The translations under genes and the position numbers were made by a program. DNA of 64,000 nt from Macrostomum hystrix (lineage: Eukaryota > Animalia > Platyhelminthes). The stretch spans positions 992,001 to 1,056,000 of the forward strand of contig CATNEN010000002.1 of assembly GCA_950097015.1 (NCBI GenBank). The letters are read 5' to 3'. Below are positions 12,618 through 25,719 of this stretch, piece by piece. The first letter of the stretch is position 1. The number at the start of each line of letters is the position of its first letter. The notes under the pieces are model-generated. The model saw nothing but the letters and a program-made list of their open reading frames with translations. It did no database searches and was not told the DNA's origin.

Positions 12618-14578
12618 CTAATCCCGATTGTGCCTACTAGACCTTAATGACTGCTTCTTGCTTTTCCCCCGGCTCTTCAATCGGTGCTTCTTGGAATGCC
12701 TGCTGCTTTCTCTTCGACTTTTGCTGCCAGAACTGCGTCTGGAGTTCATGGCGCGCCGCTTTTGATCGTCCCACTCGATCAGGATGGCGGTGAAGCAGCT
12801 TGAACCGTCGTCATTGTCATGTTTTCTGTGTGTCTTCTTCGCAGCCTTGCTTTGAAGCTCCTCATACATCTTGGAAGTTTGTAGTCGGGCCAATCTTTTT
12901 TCATTGCGGATTGTAGAAGAAGCGACCGACTCGCAGATGGTTGGCGACCGTTGCATATCCAATAATTGTTGCTTTATACGGCGTTCACCGCGCTGATGCC
13001 TGGACAGTTTTGTGCGATTGTCCACTTCTTTATGGCAGTCGGGTCGAGCTAGGTAATTACACATCAAATTGAAATTTACTTTCGATTCTTCGGTTAGAGG
13101 ATCATTGTACTTGCTGGTGCTAAAGATGGTGACGGCCGTGTTGGTGTCGTCGCATTGTCTAGCTAGCTCAGCATTTACATTGGCAACGCGATCTGACAGT
13201 GCCATGGCTTCAAAAGCGTTGGCTTGACCACGTTGTCCTGCAGCGCGTAATTCAGCGACAGCTTCAAGACTTTGAGTTGCTGGGCTGCGAGCTCTATGAT
13301 CTGTAGCAGGCGATGCAACCGGAGTATCGGCCTTTTTAAGCCGTTGGCAAGTAGTGATTCTTTGACCCTTCAACTGCCGATATAACTGAGTGAGCTGGGT
13401 CTCAGTCAGATCGCCTCCGGTCAGTGTCATAGACTCGGAAGGGTCGCTCAAAATGCTGGCACTGAGCTTGCTAAAATCCTCATCCGGGTTGCTTTCGACT
13501 GACTGTCGGTTGTCTAGCAGACGTTGGCGTTCAGTGCCATAGACTCGTTGAAAAATAATTTGCAACAACTTGCTGATGTCGAATGCCTCGACGAAACTCG
13601 GTGTGAATTTTTTTACATCAGTTAGAAGCTTACTAAATTTGTTAGCATTCTCTGAGCTGTAATTTCCGGCTTTGCTATCCGTGGAGCAGCCAGGATTGCT
13701 GTCGTCCCGCATCTGACTGATGGGGGAAGCCGCCACTGTACCCAAAAAGCGACGTTCGCATCTCGATTGAGCTGCGTAATAAATGGAGAATTAAACAGTG
13801 AAGGGAGACAGTTATGCAGAAATCTAATATAATGTGTGAACACACATGCAGATAAAACTAAGGTGAAATCATTAAACTACTAACTTACAAGTATTGGCTG
13901 TCGAAGCATCCACGAGGACAGCTGAAGTTGTGTACAATCGGAGTTTAAAACCAGGTCGAAAATGGTCAGTAGGATCAATATTTTAGAAGTTAAGTTTATT
14001 ATGTGTCTTTCAAGCATTACTCGACTTTAACCCTCTCAGAATAAGCTTCTACCCTGTCTCATCCTCGCCTTCTACCCGGTCTCATCCTCGCCTTCTACCC
14101 GGTCTCATCCTCGCCTTCTACCCTGTCTCATCCTCGCCTTCTATCCCGTCTCATCCTCGCCTCCTACCCCCTGTCGCATCCTCGCCTTCTACTCTCTTTC
14201 AAATCCTCGCCTTCCGTTTCAACACAATCCTAAAAGCCTACCTTTGCATTTTTTTGAGGCAACCTGCTGCTGCAGCCGAGTTTTTCGCTCATCTGCATTC
14301 GACAGCAGTCGGTTCTGGCAAAAGCCTTTATTCCAGGCGTGTAAAACATCTGAGTTGGCATTTTTCTGCACCAAGCCAGCCATGCTGTCCCGTGACAGTC
14401 TGTCCGAGACGAGCCTATGGGTGTCCTCGCAGGCATCCTCGGAATCGTATTCCAGATTGATTGGCTGTGGAACGGGAATGCTGATCGGCTTGCTGGACCA
14501 TTCACCGCGAGTTTTAAACACTTGCCGACGCGGAAGGGCGTCAAACGAGCCATCGCCGGACTTTGACGACCGGCGCAT
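12618..14578 (-). CDS. Two-exon uncharacterised protein (~496 aa) with a Lys/Arg/Ser-rich C-terminus
   Basis: join(14242..14578,12618..13771). Donor AAAG|GTAGG (phase 1) joins acceptor TTATTACGCAG|CT in frame, giving 1491 nt with the 375-aa ORF as exon 2. The sequence is non-repetitive. The ATG choice is uncertain. Confidence 0.7.
14048..14215. repeat. Intronic 23-bp minisatellite CTCATCCTCGCCTTCTACCCGGT
   Basis: About 7 visible copies. Confidence 0.9.
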
Positions 14579-14810
14579 TGGGCCCTGATCAACGTCCGGC
14601 TCACTCACTTACTCACTCAGATCACACTACCCCCAGAGCTTAACTCTGGGATTGCACACTTTACACTTTGCTGCTAACAAATTTCTAATGTCTATGGGCC
14701 AAGCCAATAATTTAAGGAAGATACTCAGATATGTCTAGGTCAGAAGCCCTTAGATTATATATTTTAAGCGCTGGACATTTTAAAGGAACAAAAAGAAATG
14801 TGATACCTTC

Positions 14811-14885
14811 GCGCTCGAAAGAGGAATCGAACCCCTGACCTTCAAGCCGTGAGTCCGATGCTTTAACCACGAAGGCTACAACCGC
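14811..14885 (-). mobile_element. Truncated tRNA-derived SINE head (family A)
   Basis: The reverse complement reads TAGCCTTCGTGGTTAAAGCATCGGACTCACGGCTTGAAGGTCAGGGGTTCGATTCC, with pol III A and B boxes, and matches the head at 19835. Confidence 0.75.
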
Positions 14886-14914
14886 TTATATATCGAATAT
14901 CGAAGAAAGGATTC

Positions 14915-15070
14915 AGGACTAGAAGGTCGGGGGTTCGATTCCTGATAAGAGGCAACTCTGCATTGCTTCTGTCCGCGGACTGAACAGTCGTACGCAGCTG
15001 TCGGCTACAGCAGTCGGCGCTGTCGGCTGCACATCTGGTCAAATTTGGGCTGTATTTAATTATTATTACT
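14915..15070 (+). mobile_element. Internally deleted SINE (family A)
   Basis: Shares GAAGGTCGGGGGTTCGATTCC, AACTCTGCATTGCTTC, GGACTGAACAG and GGCTGCACATCT blocks with the copy at 19835; AT-rich tail. Confidence 0.75.
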
Positions 15071-15205
15071 AATAGTTATTAAAATCCGGGAGTAACGCGA
15101 TTGCAAACAGGTATCACCTTAGGAAATCCCCGATTCTTCAGCGTGAATGACGCGCGTCATAATTATAGTATAAATACCAAGGTATTTTTATACCAATTTT
15201 AGTAA

Positions 15206-15600
15206 GGGCGGATAGCTCAGTCAGTAAGGTGTCGGACTCTGGATCAGATGGTCCTGGGTTCGACTCCCGACCTAGTCTAGAACTATTCGTGCAGCCCTTG
15301 GCAAGCTGCTTTGCCCTGATGTGCACACAGTCTACTAATCTGCAAATGAGTACCGACTTTTCGTCGGGTAATAATAATTCTGGCTGGCGTGGAATAAAGC
15401 AGTTCTGTGCGGCAATTCAGTGGGGTTTGGATGCTGCCGATATGTTTGGAAAAAATAAATTTAATTGCTGACACGCGGCTGTCAACCGGTGTCCGAGAGA
15501 GCCGGGGAGTACAATAGGTGTGCAGTCCCCACCTGCTAGTGTGCCTGACACACAACACCTGCACTGGCCCTTGGGTCTAGTGTCAATTATTTATATTATT
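15206..15600 (+). mobile_element. tRNA-derived SINE (family B)
   Basis: Head GGGCGGATAGCTCAGTCAGTAAGG...GGGTTCGACTCCC with A and B boxes. The acceptor stem does not pair. It is followed by a CCCTTGGCAAG...CTGCAAATGAGTACC body and an AT-rich tail. Confidence 0.7.
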
Positions 15601-15848
15601 AGTACCAAGGGGCGAATGTCCCCTTCAATAATTCTCGCTGCTCCCACTGGAACTTCAAGTGCTAAAGCTCGAAACGAGTATAGGAGTCCGAAATCTTTAA
15701 CAAGAGACATTGCAACACTGTTCATTATGACTAAACTGTAGCTAAATGAAAAAATCTATACGAAAAGGCATTTTTATTTGTATTATTATAAGCATACTAA
15801 AACTAATTCAGCCTAAATGTCGCACTTTAATGAATGCACAAACAGCTT

Positions 15849-16256
15849 TCATTGTTTGGACTTTGGCACCAGATGTTCGCGAGACATTCTCGCCACCTCG
15901 TCTAGAAACTCGTCAGCGCTGAAGAACGCGTCCTCAAAGTGTTCGACCCGTTTCACTGGCACCTTTGGCTGACGGCCGGCCAATTTGCGAGCTCGGATAG
16001 CGGGAGCGCACGCGGTCACGTCCACTGGCAGGTGGAGAACGCTGCGAGGCTCAGCGTAGCGAATTCGAATGCTGGAACCGTCCGGGTTCAGCAGGATGAC
16101 ACCCGGATACTGGCGCGGATAGTAACGCCTCCGTGTTGTCGCCAGGCACGCTCGATAAGCATTGCCACGAACTGCAGCTAACAGGGAAGGCGATTGCACA
16201 CCCAGCAACCGGGAAAGGACTGGTAGGCTGTGGGACAACTGCTTGAGCTGCAGCAT
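15849..16256 (-). CDS. MRPL55: Mitochondrial ribosomal protein L55 (mL55), single exon, 135 aa
   Basis: Motif NAYRACL..TRRRYYPRQYP..LLNPDGSSIRIRYAEPRSVLHLPVD is characteristic of mL55; Arg/Leu/Ser-rich N-terminal presequence. Confidence 0.9.
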   Translation of the reverse strand: MLQLKQLSHSLPVLSRLLGVQSPSLLAAVRGNAYRACLATTRRRYYPRQYPGVILLNPDGSSIRIRYAEPRSVLHLPVDVTACAPAIRARKLAGRQPKVPVKRVEHFEDAFFSADEFLDEVARMSREHLVPKSKQ

Positions 16257-16296
16257 TGCGGGGGAGAGTTCAGCTGCAAGTTGACGTGAATTGAGG

Positions 16297-16985
16297 CTTC
16301 AGTGAACTGGTAGATCAACTCCAATACAATGAGAATTCAGTGAGCTGGTAGATCAACTCCAATACAATGAGAATTCAGTGAACTGGTAGATTAACTCCAA
16401 TACAATGAGAATTCAGTGAACTGGTAGATCAACTCCAATACAATGAGAATTCAGTGAACTGGTAGATCAACTCCAATACAATGAGAATTCAGTGAACTGG
16501 TAGATTAACTCCAATACAATGAGAATTCAGTGAACTGGTAGATCAACTCCAATACAATGAGAATTCAGTGAGCTGGTAGATTAACTCCAATACAATGAGA
16601 ATTCAGTGAGCTGGTAGATTAACTCCAATACAATGAGAATTCAGTGAACTGGTAGATTAACTCCAATACAATGAGAATTCAGTGAGCTGGTAGATTAACT
16701 CCAATACAATGAGAATTCAGTGAACTGGTAGATCAACTCCAATACAATGAGAATTCAGTGAACTGGTAGATCAACTCCAATACAATGAGAATTCAGTGAA
16801 CTGGTAGATTAACTCCAATACAATGAGAATTCAGTGAACTGGTAGATTAACTCCAATACAATGAGAATTCAGTGAACTGGTAGATCAACTCCAATACAAT
16901 GAGAATTCAGTGAACTGGTAGATCAACTCCAATACAATGAGAATTCAGTGAACTGGTAGATTAACTCCAATACAATGAGAATCTC
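16297..16985. repeat. 38-bp minisatellite GAATTCAGTGAACTGGTAGAT(C/T)AACTCCAATACAATGA (~18 copies), directly upstream of the MRPL55 ATG
   Basis: Head-to-tail copies with no unique spacers. Confidence 0.95.
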
Positions 16986-18299
16986 TATTTATTATATTGA
17001 GTGAGCTGGTAGATCAATGTGGAATACAATGGGAATTCAGTTATATGGTATGAAATCTTAGACCTAAAACACGGGCACTAAAAGAAACAACGAACAAGAC
17101 GCTACCGTTTAGTCTAGTTTATTACTGACTATGAACGAAGAACACAAACATATTTTTGATCAGAATATATATTAGTATCTATGGAATAATAATTCATATA
17201 TGCGTATTATATTCAAAGACTTCGCAACTACAATAAAAATCTAACTAATTTAATCCTGTCACGCAAACGCAACAAACAAAGAATTAATAAACGTTATAAT
17301 ATTAGTAATTATAGTAGCGAGAGTAAGGTAGTTGAAATCAAAATTTGGACATTGTAAGACAGTAACCAAAGTTAGCCAGCAACTGTTCACTATGATAATA
17401 ATGCCCCATACAAACTTGCACGTCACAGAAAATCTACAGCGTAGAGATAAAAGCCTTTACCAAGCGCAAACTAAAAGCAACTTTCTTCTAACGGATTGTG
17501 GTTTAACTGACAATTTAGCAAATAATTTAGCGCTGTGCCAACTGTAGATTCTATCGGGCGACAGATAAGGACGACTTGCTGCCTAGAAGCAGGCCCTATC
17601 CAAACTTCTAGTCATATGTTAGCGAAGCAAGACTTCTTAATAATCACTTTGCAGGTCATTTTGAAATTCAGTGCACTTTGCCACCTACCAGTAAAAATAT
17701 AACAACATAGACATAATTGCGACTTATTTTTTTATAGCACACTTTAAATAAGCTACTAAAATGACAGCAAATATAATGTTTTATCAACCGAAAGAAAATA
17801 ATTATGCTGTGTTGTGACATAAATTTACTCTTACGGGATAACAAAGTTCATAGGAATGAGGTGTGATGTGGGGCAATAGAGAATATATAAATAAAGAGCA
17901 ACAAAAATATGTCTCAGTTTAGCTTAGGGGAGTAAACAAAACACTAATTTACGATTTGAACACAAGAAATGACAAAGGTTTAAATATATAGTGAATGATA
18001 ACACAGATTTCACAAAATAACAAGCACAATTTTTTGTCCAATTGAATAAACAGATTATGCAGCACAACTTTTCTCTCCACAGACAAAAATGTTAATCCAC
18101 GTTTAATAGACTGGACAGATTCTAGATTCTATAGTCTAGTTTTCTAATCTAAATAATTCTCCAAGAAAAAAGTTAACATTTGACATTTAAAACACTATTA
18201 TATTGATGGTATAACAAAACAACAACAATGATTAAGTGTTTCTCCGTTCATTCTATGTTATTTAGAATATTATTTGAAGATTTTGTTTAACATTGCGGC

Positions 18300-21200
18300 T
18301 CACACAGACAAGATCAGGGCCACAATGAAGCCATACAGACCCAGCACTTCGGCGAAGATCAAGATGAGGATCATGCCGACAAACAGGCGCGGCTGCTGGG
18401 CGGTGCCGCGGACGCCGGCGTCGCCAACAATGCCGATGGCATAGCCGGAGGCCAGGCCGCTGAGGCCCACAGCGAGGCCGGCGCCAAGGTGACGCAAGGA
18501 TTTCTCAACAGTATAGTCTGGTGTCATGTTCTGGGAGATGAGAACAGCCACCACCAAGCCGTAGATGGCGATGATACCGGCCATGACAACTGGCACAACA
18601 GATTTCATGATGAGCTCGGGCCGCAGGACGGCCATGTTGGCAATGCCGGTGCCAGACTTGGCTGTGCCGTAGGCTGCGCCTAGGGCTGTTTGAGGTAGGT
18701 GAATAATAAAATGTCAGTTTAACTAGTTGAATTTGCTTCAAATTCTGATTTGTACTTGAATGGATCATAAGAAAGCAAATTATCTACTACTTCTACACAA
18801 TAAACAATCATCATATTAGCTAGAAGTTTTATGTTCACCAGGACACCTAGTTAGTCAACAACTGAAGTTCCACAACCTAAAACAGTTAAAGTGTAACATT
18901 TTTGTTTTCTTTATTAAATTAAAAGATAAACGTAGCGGTAAATAAAGAATGGTTGCTTGCTTGTAATCGATATTCTCCCGAACGGCTCAATCGATTTTCA
19001 CCATTTCTTCACCAAAAATGCCAAGTTTGGGGACACACATACACATCTTTTTATTAAGCTTGACTTCATTGCTAAGGAGATTAAATATTCGACAAACTGT
19101 TTTAGTTAAGATTTTTAATGCATTCAATCAGAGCCAGTTTTGTCAACGTGCATACCACTGCCAATTTTAATGATTGCATCAGGGCCAGTTTAGGTTATTC
19201 AATATCCGATTGGCCCATCAGGGCAGATCGGAGAAATTGGTTATTTGCTGCTAGGGGGACATTGATACTGTGCTGTTTGGGTGACATTGGTTCTCTGCTG
19301 CTGAGGGGACATTGGTTCTCTGCTGCTGAGGGGACATTGGTTCTCTGCTGATGGGGGGACATGAGTTCTCTGCTCATTAACTGTTAAATGTTGAAGGTTT
19401 GAACTGGGTCCATTGATAATCGCACCAATGGACTGAAATTTGCAGTTTTGTCAGGGCTTCAAAACTAATTCTTCTTTCCTCCCTCTTTACCCTCCCCCAA
19501 AGGGGGAATTTATTAACCAGTCTAGTTACTAAAATCATTTTGCTGTGTTAGCATATTTATGCAGGAAAACTAAATTCTGATTTAGGAAACATATATACCT
19601 AGATTAGTTTTAAAAGTAAAAACTTAATTCAAGATTTCACAATCAGTTTTTTAGAGTCTAGTGATTAACAAACAAACCACCTGCATGAAAAATATCTTAA
19701 AGTAAAGTGCCTACCTAAATAGCTTAAAAAATTTACTTTAGTAAACAAAGCTAATAAAAAAGTTGGGTAGGGCTAGGCCTGGTGGTATGTATTAAGCCAA
19801 ATAATAGTTTACTAGCTCTATATATTCAGGAAAAGAGGTGGTAGCCTAGTGGTTAGGGCGTCGGACTCACGACTTGAAGGTCGGGGGTTCGATTCCCGAC
19901 TCCTCTGGAACAATTTGCGTCCTTTAGCAAGACACTTAACTCTGCATTGCTTCAGTTCACCCAGCTGTTAAATGGGTACCAGCATCAGCTGGGGTAATTG
20001 AAGGTGGGTGTGGCGTCCCCCCAGTCCGTGGACTGAACAGCTGTATGCAGCCTTCAGATGCGCCGCGCATTAGCTGCGGCTGTGCTGTTGGCTGCACATC
20101 TAACCCAATTGGGGCAGGTGTAATCAATTCAATTCAACACAATATTCAAGAAGTTGGTTACATTAATGTCATACTGGATAATGTTGTGTGCATGCCATAA
20201 AGAAAATTTGAAAAATTGGATTTTTATGCCAAGCTTAGACTGTTTTTAATTGCACACTAATGTATATTAGGACAAAACTAATAATGCAATTTGTAAAATA
20301 TGCAACATTTTTTGCTTAAAAAGGACAAAGTTGTCTGCTTACTATTATATTTAACTAAAAGCAATAGAGCATGTAACAATTTATTAATTTTTAGTATTTA
20401 CCTGCATGGTCCAATTTTAAAAAGCTTTAAGTAGTTTACACAGCTGATAGTATATTTAGCTTCAGTCTTGCAAAATAATAGTTCATATTATAATATTACT
20501 ACTGTTTTTACAGGTTTTACTGCTAGCTTGTTGTAGAATTCACAACTGAGATCTTGATAATACGCTTGTACATATAAACAAGCAGCTCATTTGATCTCCA
20601 TTTGAATGCACAAATGTATGAATTGCATGCCAAACAAAACCTTAAAATTTGAAGCAATACATGTCATACTTATCAGCCCAAAGTATGCACAGTAGAAAAT
20701 TGTGATGTGCATTGCATTACATGATCCAGACTATGACTTCTATGTTACATTCTAATAAAAATCTTACCAAAATAGGGCATAAATTTGGCTAAATGTTTTT
20801 AATCCAGTTAGTTTTGTTTGAAATGCTTATTTTAGCAATTACGGATCAGGTATTTTATGATAGTAATGTATCAACATACAGCAATATAAAATGTTTAAAC
20901 AAATTTTAAAATAATAAAATTATCTTGATATAGTTTTTTATTAATATACTTATATTTTTTTATTTGCTACATACTTTTACTAATATTTATTTCTCATCTT
21001 TGCTTATTGGAGTTAAATTTAGGACATTAATCTATACAGCGAAAATTTTCATTATTTATTGGAACATTTTTGTTGGCAAATGGCAAAATGTTGACACTAT
21101 TAATATTACCTTTAGGTGTAAGTCATAACACTGTGTGGTCTATGGTGTAGGCTAGTTAAATAAAACCAAATTTAACTTTTCTTAGAAACTTTATCCCACA

Positions 21201-23544
21201 AAATAATATTTTGTTCAACTAAACATAAAAATTTGTTTAGTTCAATTAACAAATTTGTTCAATTTGTCACTATGCATTGGAAATAAAGGTTTTAAAGAAG
21301 TTGCAGAGTCAAGATAAGGAAAAAATTGTATGAATACACAAAGGCAGCTAAAAATATGTTTTTGTATAATAATGAGAATAACATTCAGAATAAGGAAATT
21401 GAAATAGTGAATTGTTTTCCTTAAAGTTATTTTAAGAGACATTGAGAAAGAAAATAGAATAAAGTAAAAGGAGAGCAATTAACCAAGATCCACTGGTAAA
21501 CCCCAGAAAGCCAGACAGACTGACAAATAACTGAAAAGTGATTAAAAGAGTGATAATACTTAAGAAAGATTGATACAGTGATAAAGAAGGATAAAGACAA
21601 ATAGTGATAGAGAAGTAAATAGTGATCACATAAGCTTTTATTACACTATAGCACAGGTATAAAGTATAGTTATAATTTATACAATTACTAGTCCTATGGC
21701 TATAGTGATTAAAATTGCATAATATCATGAATAATGTGTAGAAATTCTAGAAAACTTCAGTTTGAATAGTGTTAAAAATCTTAGACAACATTAGGCCCAA
21801 ACTATCACATTAGGCCTAGTCATACATGTGCAACCTCTCAAATCTTAGCCAGCCGTGCGACTTAGTTTTTGCTCACATTTGCGACTTAGTGTAATAGGGC
21901 AATTTTAAGCATTAGTAATCATACCGTATCATGCATTTGAAATTTAACGTTTTCTTAGAAACCAAAAATCATTTTCGATAAATACTTGTTTTACTGCACT
22001 CAATTGTTTTAATGCACGAATGTTTGTTTTGATGCACCCAAATATTAAAACCATTTGTTATAATTACAAGTTGGACCATACATGCGCAACACCCGGCCGA
22101 GCCGGCCGAACCGGCCGGGTGAAACGAGGGCCAAGCAAGGTAAGTCGCAAAAACCAATCGACCAAGCGCAAAAAAATCAAAGGGGGGACCAAGGGACAAA
22201 AAAGGAAGGCGTGAAGAAAAGGAAAAAGGGGAGAGAAAAAGAGAGCAAATAAGAGCAAACTAAGTCGTAAATAGAGCAATGAAACGAACTAAGTCGCAAA
22301 TGAGAGCAAAAACTAAGTCGCAAGGCCGGCTAAGATTTGGGAGGTTGCGCATGTATGAGTTGGACCTCGGGGAATACTATAAATACACGGGAGTTTAGTG
22401 AAGGAAAACTAACCTTGTCAAGAGCAGAAAAACATCCAAAAGACTTGAAGGTTCAAATAAGTATCTTTCAGATTAAGTGTTCATAAAAAGAGTTATTCAT
22501 TTGATATAAAGAGAGATATAAAGAAAGAGCTGTAATCCTTAGATCATTGGTAACGCCTTAAAAGTGGACTGAACATTGCAAACCAGAACCTGCTTAACAA
22601 GCAAATATATAATTCTATACAATTACATGAAATACGTACATTAGAGCTCGGTTACTATATAAAACGCTACCAATTCAGACTCAAAATACGCTACCATTAA
22701 GAGTTAAAAGCTTTATATTGCATTAAATTATAAGAAAGGTTAATAACCACTGTGATAACAGTAATCGGATATTAAATATTGTGTGACAATCTTATAACAA
22801 TTTTGATAATAACATTGGAACAGTAAATATAATATAAAGAAGCACTGCAACAACTTTGGTGGCATTGTTAGGATATTGTATTGAATAGAGAGAAGCCCTA
22901 GGACATTAGTTCATTTCATTGCTCTATTTACGTCTTAGTTTGCTCTCATTTGCTCTCTTTTTCTCTCCCCTTTTTCCTTTTCTTCATGCCTTCCTCTTTT
23001 GTCCCTTGGTCCCCCCTTTGATTTTTTTGCACTTGGTCGATTGGTTTTTGCGACTTACCTTGCTTGGCCCTTGTTTCACCCGGCCGGTTCGGCCGGGTCG
23101 GCCGGGTGTTGAGCATGTATGGGCCTAGTTGTGCTTAGGAACTGTTAGGCCTACTATAGCTAACTGCCCTGAAGTAATAATTTCCCATTTGAAAGCGCAT
23201 GCATAAAGTGAAGGCCTGCCCTAGCTTTAGTTATGCTAGGTCTAGGCATTCTACAAATATAAATAAGATTAATGAAGCAGTATCACGCTAATGAAGACTC
23301 ATCATAATGGTTTAATTTGAATTTTCGTAAAAATGCTAGGAAGACATGAATTGATTATATAGAGCAGGGAATATAAGCGTTGGAATAGGTAGCTAACTCA
23401 AAAGCTAGAACTAAAATCCATCTGCCATGGTACTTATGTAGCAAATAGCGATAGGCCTATAATAAACTTACCACAGAATACCATAGCTGCCGACGCTCCC
23501 ATAACGCCGAAAAAGGGAGTATACAGTGGATCATTGATAGGCAT
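18300..23544 (-). CDS. ATP6V0C: V-type H+-ATPase 16-kDa proteolipid subunit c (152 aa, 2 exons)
   Basis: join(23472..23544,18300..18685). Exon 1 [24 protein letters not shown] ends at G|GTAAGT. Exon 2 reads [39 protein letters not shown]...[11 protein letters not shown], with the proton-binding Glu. The intron is 4.8 kb. Confidence 0.97.
18945..19525 (+). mobile_element. Non-autonomous Helitron-like element, copy 1, with a short internal ~24-bp tandem array
   Basis: Shares a ~170-bp (GCTT)n-GTAAT..TTCTCCCGAACGGCTCAA.CGATTTTCACC block with 24360-24530. It ends with a CCCCC-AAA-GGGGG hairpin followed by CTAG|T at 19525. Confidence 0.55.
19835..20137 (+). mobile_element. Full-length tRNA-derived SINE (family A) with a CORE-like central domain
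   Basis: A and B boxes, then CCTTTAGCAAGACACTTAACTCTGCATTGCTTCAGTTCACCCAGCTGTTAAATGGG, an (ATTCA)n-like tail and imperfect flanking repeats ATATTCA(G/A)GAA. Confidence 0.8.
21890..22905. mobile_element. Solo-LTR-like insertion inside the outer MITE
   Basis: Ends TGTAATAGGGC...GCCCTAGGACA (TG...CA, imperfect inverted ends) with TTAG duplicated on both sides. No coding sequence. Confidence 0.55.
22077..22357 (+). mobile_element. hAT-type MITE (inner, intact 281-bp copy)
   Basis: Perfect 14-bp TIRs CATACATGCGCAAC/GTTGCGCATGTATG and 8-bp TSD AGTTGGAC at 22069-22076 and 22358-22365. Confidence 0.9.
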
Positions 23545-24954
23545 TTTTCTATTGATTGAACAGAAACTTACAGAGTAAGAAACTATACTAATTTTAGATT
23601 AAATTAACCCACGACTACTACACAGAGGACTTCAAATTGTTTACAGTGATTAATTATTTTTTAATTTGGTACCCTTTACCGAAGCGACGAAGAAGAAATA
23701 AAGCCGTAAAAAACCTCACCGTGTACGCAATTAGGCGTTGCTCTAGAATGGTCGGTTTTAATTAAAGCTATGTCAATATTTGACTTCTGAGGCTAGCTAT
23801 CTATCTAGCTATTGCATAAGCATCCTCGCTAAACTGATCGAGAAGCGACAAAATACACGCAAAGTCTGAAAATCCTTAAGCTTGTATAATGATGAAAGTT
23901 TTATCTAATGGTACGAATATGTTTGTGTCAAACACAATACCGACTGGAATGGATGGTTTGATAGTCATGTAAATTGAAGGGATTATACGTAAGTTATTTA
24001 ATTTCTGGAAAGTGAAATATATACTTCGAAGACGAAAAACTGGTATTGGATTGGAATTCGACTTCAAAAAGTCGACTTTTGAATTAGGCTTTGGAATACA
24101 GTGCTCATGGTCTGTGTGGCATAGGCTTGCGCTTGCTTCTTCGCTGGTTGAGGACAGCTGTCGAAAAATGCATGATACATCAGAACCTGCAGTCTAAGTG
24201 AATGCTGAACTACTACTTGTGTAGCCAATAAAATTACAAGCATAATTGCAAGTATAACAATTACAAGTTTGTTTGGCTAGTAGGGCCCCACTTATTGTCC
24301 CTTTGTGCTTCCCGCTTTTGTACCCCGTCCATTTTTTCCACTATACTAAAAATGAAATGGTTGCTTGGTTGGTTGCTTGCTTGCTTGCTTGTAATTGATT
24401 TTCTCCCGAACGGCTCAACCGATTTTCACCATTTCTTCACCAAAAGATGCCAAATATGGGGACAATTATACACGTATTTTTATTAAGCTTAACTTTATTG
24501 CTAAAGGGATTAAATATTCGAAAAACATGATTTTTCAAAGGTCAAACCATCTTGGCCTATTGAGAATTTTACTCACTGCCGCTGAATTAGAATTGCATCG
24601 TAAAATTGCGCAACAACCCCTAGCTGATTGAATTTGAAGCCTGCACTCTGGAGACAAATTGGAAATAAATGTACACAACCAACCGCGAGACTAAGTGTAC
24701 TCTATTTTCTTTCTTCATTGTACAAAGCCAGAACTTTGAGAATTCATTTTATAAGGCAGATTTTTGCACCCACTAACCAACAGTCGGAATAGCCGATGTG
24801 TAGGCACTAGGAATAGGTTAGGCTAGGCTAGGGTTCGATTCTGCACTGCGTCATATCATTTAGACTAATTTTCAGCCAGTAGTGATTGAAGATTATTTTA
24901 ATTTATTTTTTCATTTCGTAAATAAAATATCATAAATCATAGCAAACCTGAGTT

Positions 24955-25690
24955 TGTCATAGAAAACCTGAGTTTGAATCATGGCTAAACCATAGTCTGA
25001 ATCATGGCTAAACCAGAGTTTGAATCATGGCTAAACCAGAGTCTGAATCATGGCTAAACCAGAGTCTGAATCATGGCTAAACCATAGTCTGAATCATGGC
25101 TAAACCAGAGTTTGAATCATGGCTAAACCAGAGTCTGAATCATGGCTAAACCAGAGTCTGAATCATGGCAAAACCAGAGTCTGATTCATGGCTAAACCAG
25201 AGTTTGAATCATGGCAAAACAAGAGTTTGAATCATAGTTAACCAGAGTTTGAATCATGGCTAAACCAGAGCTTGAATCATAGCTAAACCAGAGTTTGAAT
25301 CATGGCAAAACCAGCGTTTGAATCATGGCTAAACCAGCGTTTGAATCATGGCTAAACCAGCGTTTGAATCCTGGCAAAATCAGAGTTTTAATCATGACTA
25401 AACCAGATTTTGAATCATGGCTAAACCAGAGTCTGAATCATGGCTTAACCAGAGTTTGAATCATGGCTAAACCAGCGTTTGAATCATGGCTAACCTAGAG
25501 TCTGAATCATGGCTAAATTTGAATCAAGGCGAAACCAGAGTTTGAATCATGGCTACACCAGAGTTTAAATCATGGCTAAAACAGAGTTTGAATCATGGCT
25601 AAATTAGAGTTTGAATCATGGTAAAACGAGAGTTTGAATCATAGCCCACCAGGGTTTAAAACATGGCGAAACCTGAGTTTGAATCTTGGC
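24955..25690. repeat. 23-bp minisatellite AAACCAGAGTTTGAATCATGGCT (~30 copies)
   Basis: Directly visible tandem copies. Confidence 0.95.
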
Positions 25691-25719
25691 TAACCCAGCG
25701 TTTGAAAAATCAACGTCAA

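Larger units (their letters stand above)
21821..23121 (-). mobile_element. hAT-type MITE (outer copy), split by a ~1-kb insertion
   Basis: 8-bp TSD GGCCTAGT at 21813-21820 and 23122-23129, ends CATACATG../..CATGTATG. Segments 21821-21890 and 22906-23121 together rebuild the reverse complement of the 22077-22357 element. Confidence 0.85.

Noticed and set aside
15206-15280. Possible tRNA genes here and at 14811, 19835 and 42592
   Set aside because: A and B boxes are present but the acceptor stem at 15206 does not pair, and the heads run into shared repeat bodies, so they are SINE heads.
16297-16985. CRISPR-like regular 38-bp repeats (also the 36-bp array at 44700)
   Set aside because: Units are head-to-tail with no unique spacers, there are no cas genes, and the context is eukaryotic.
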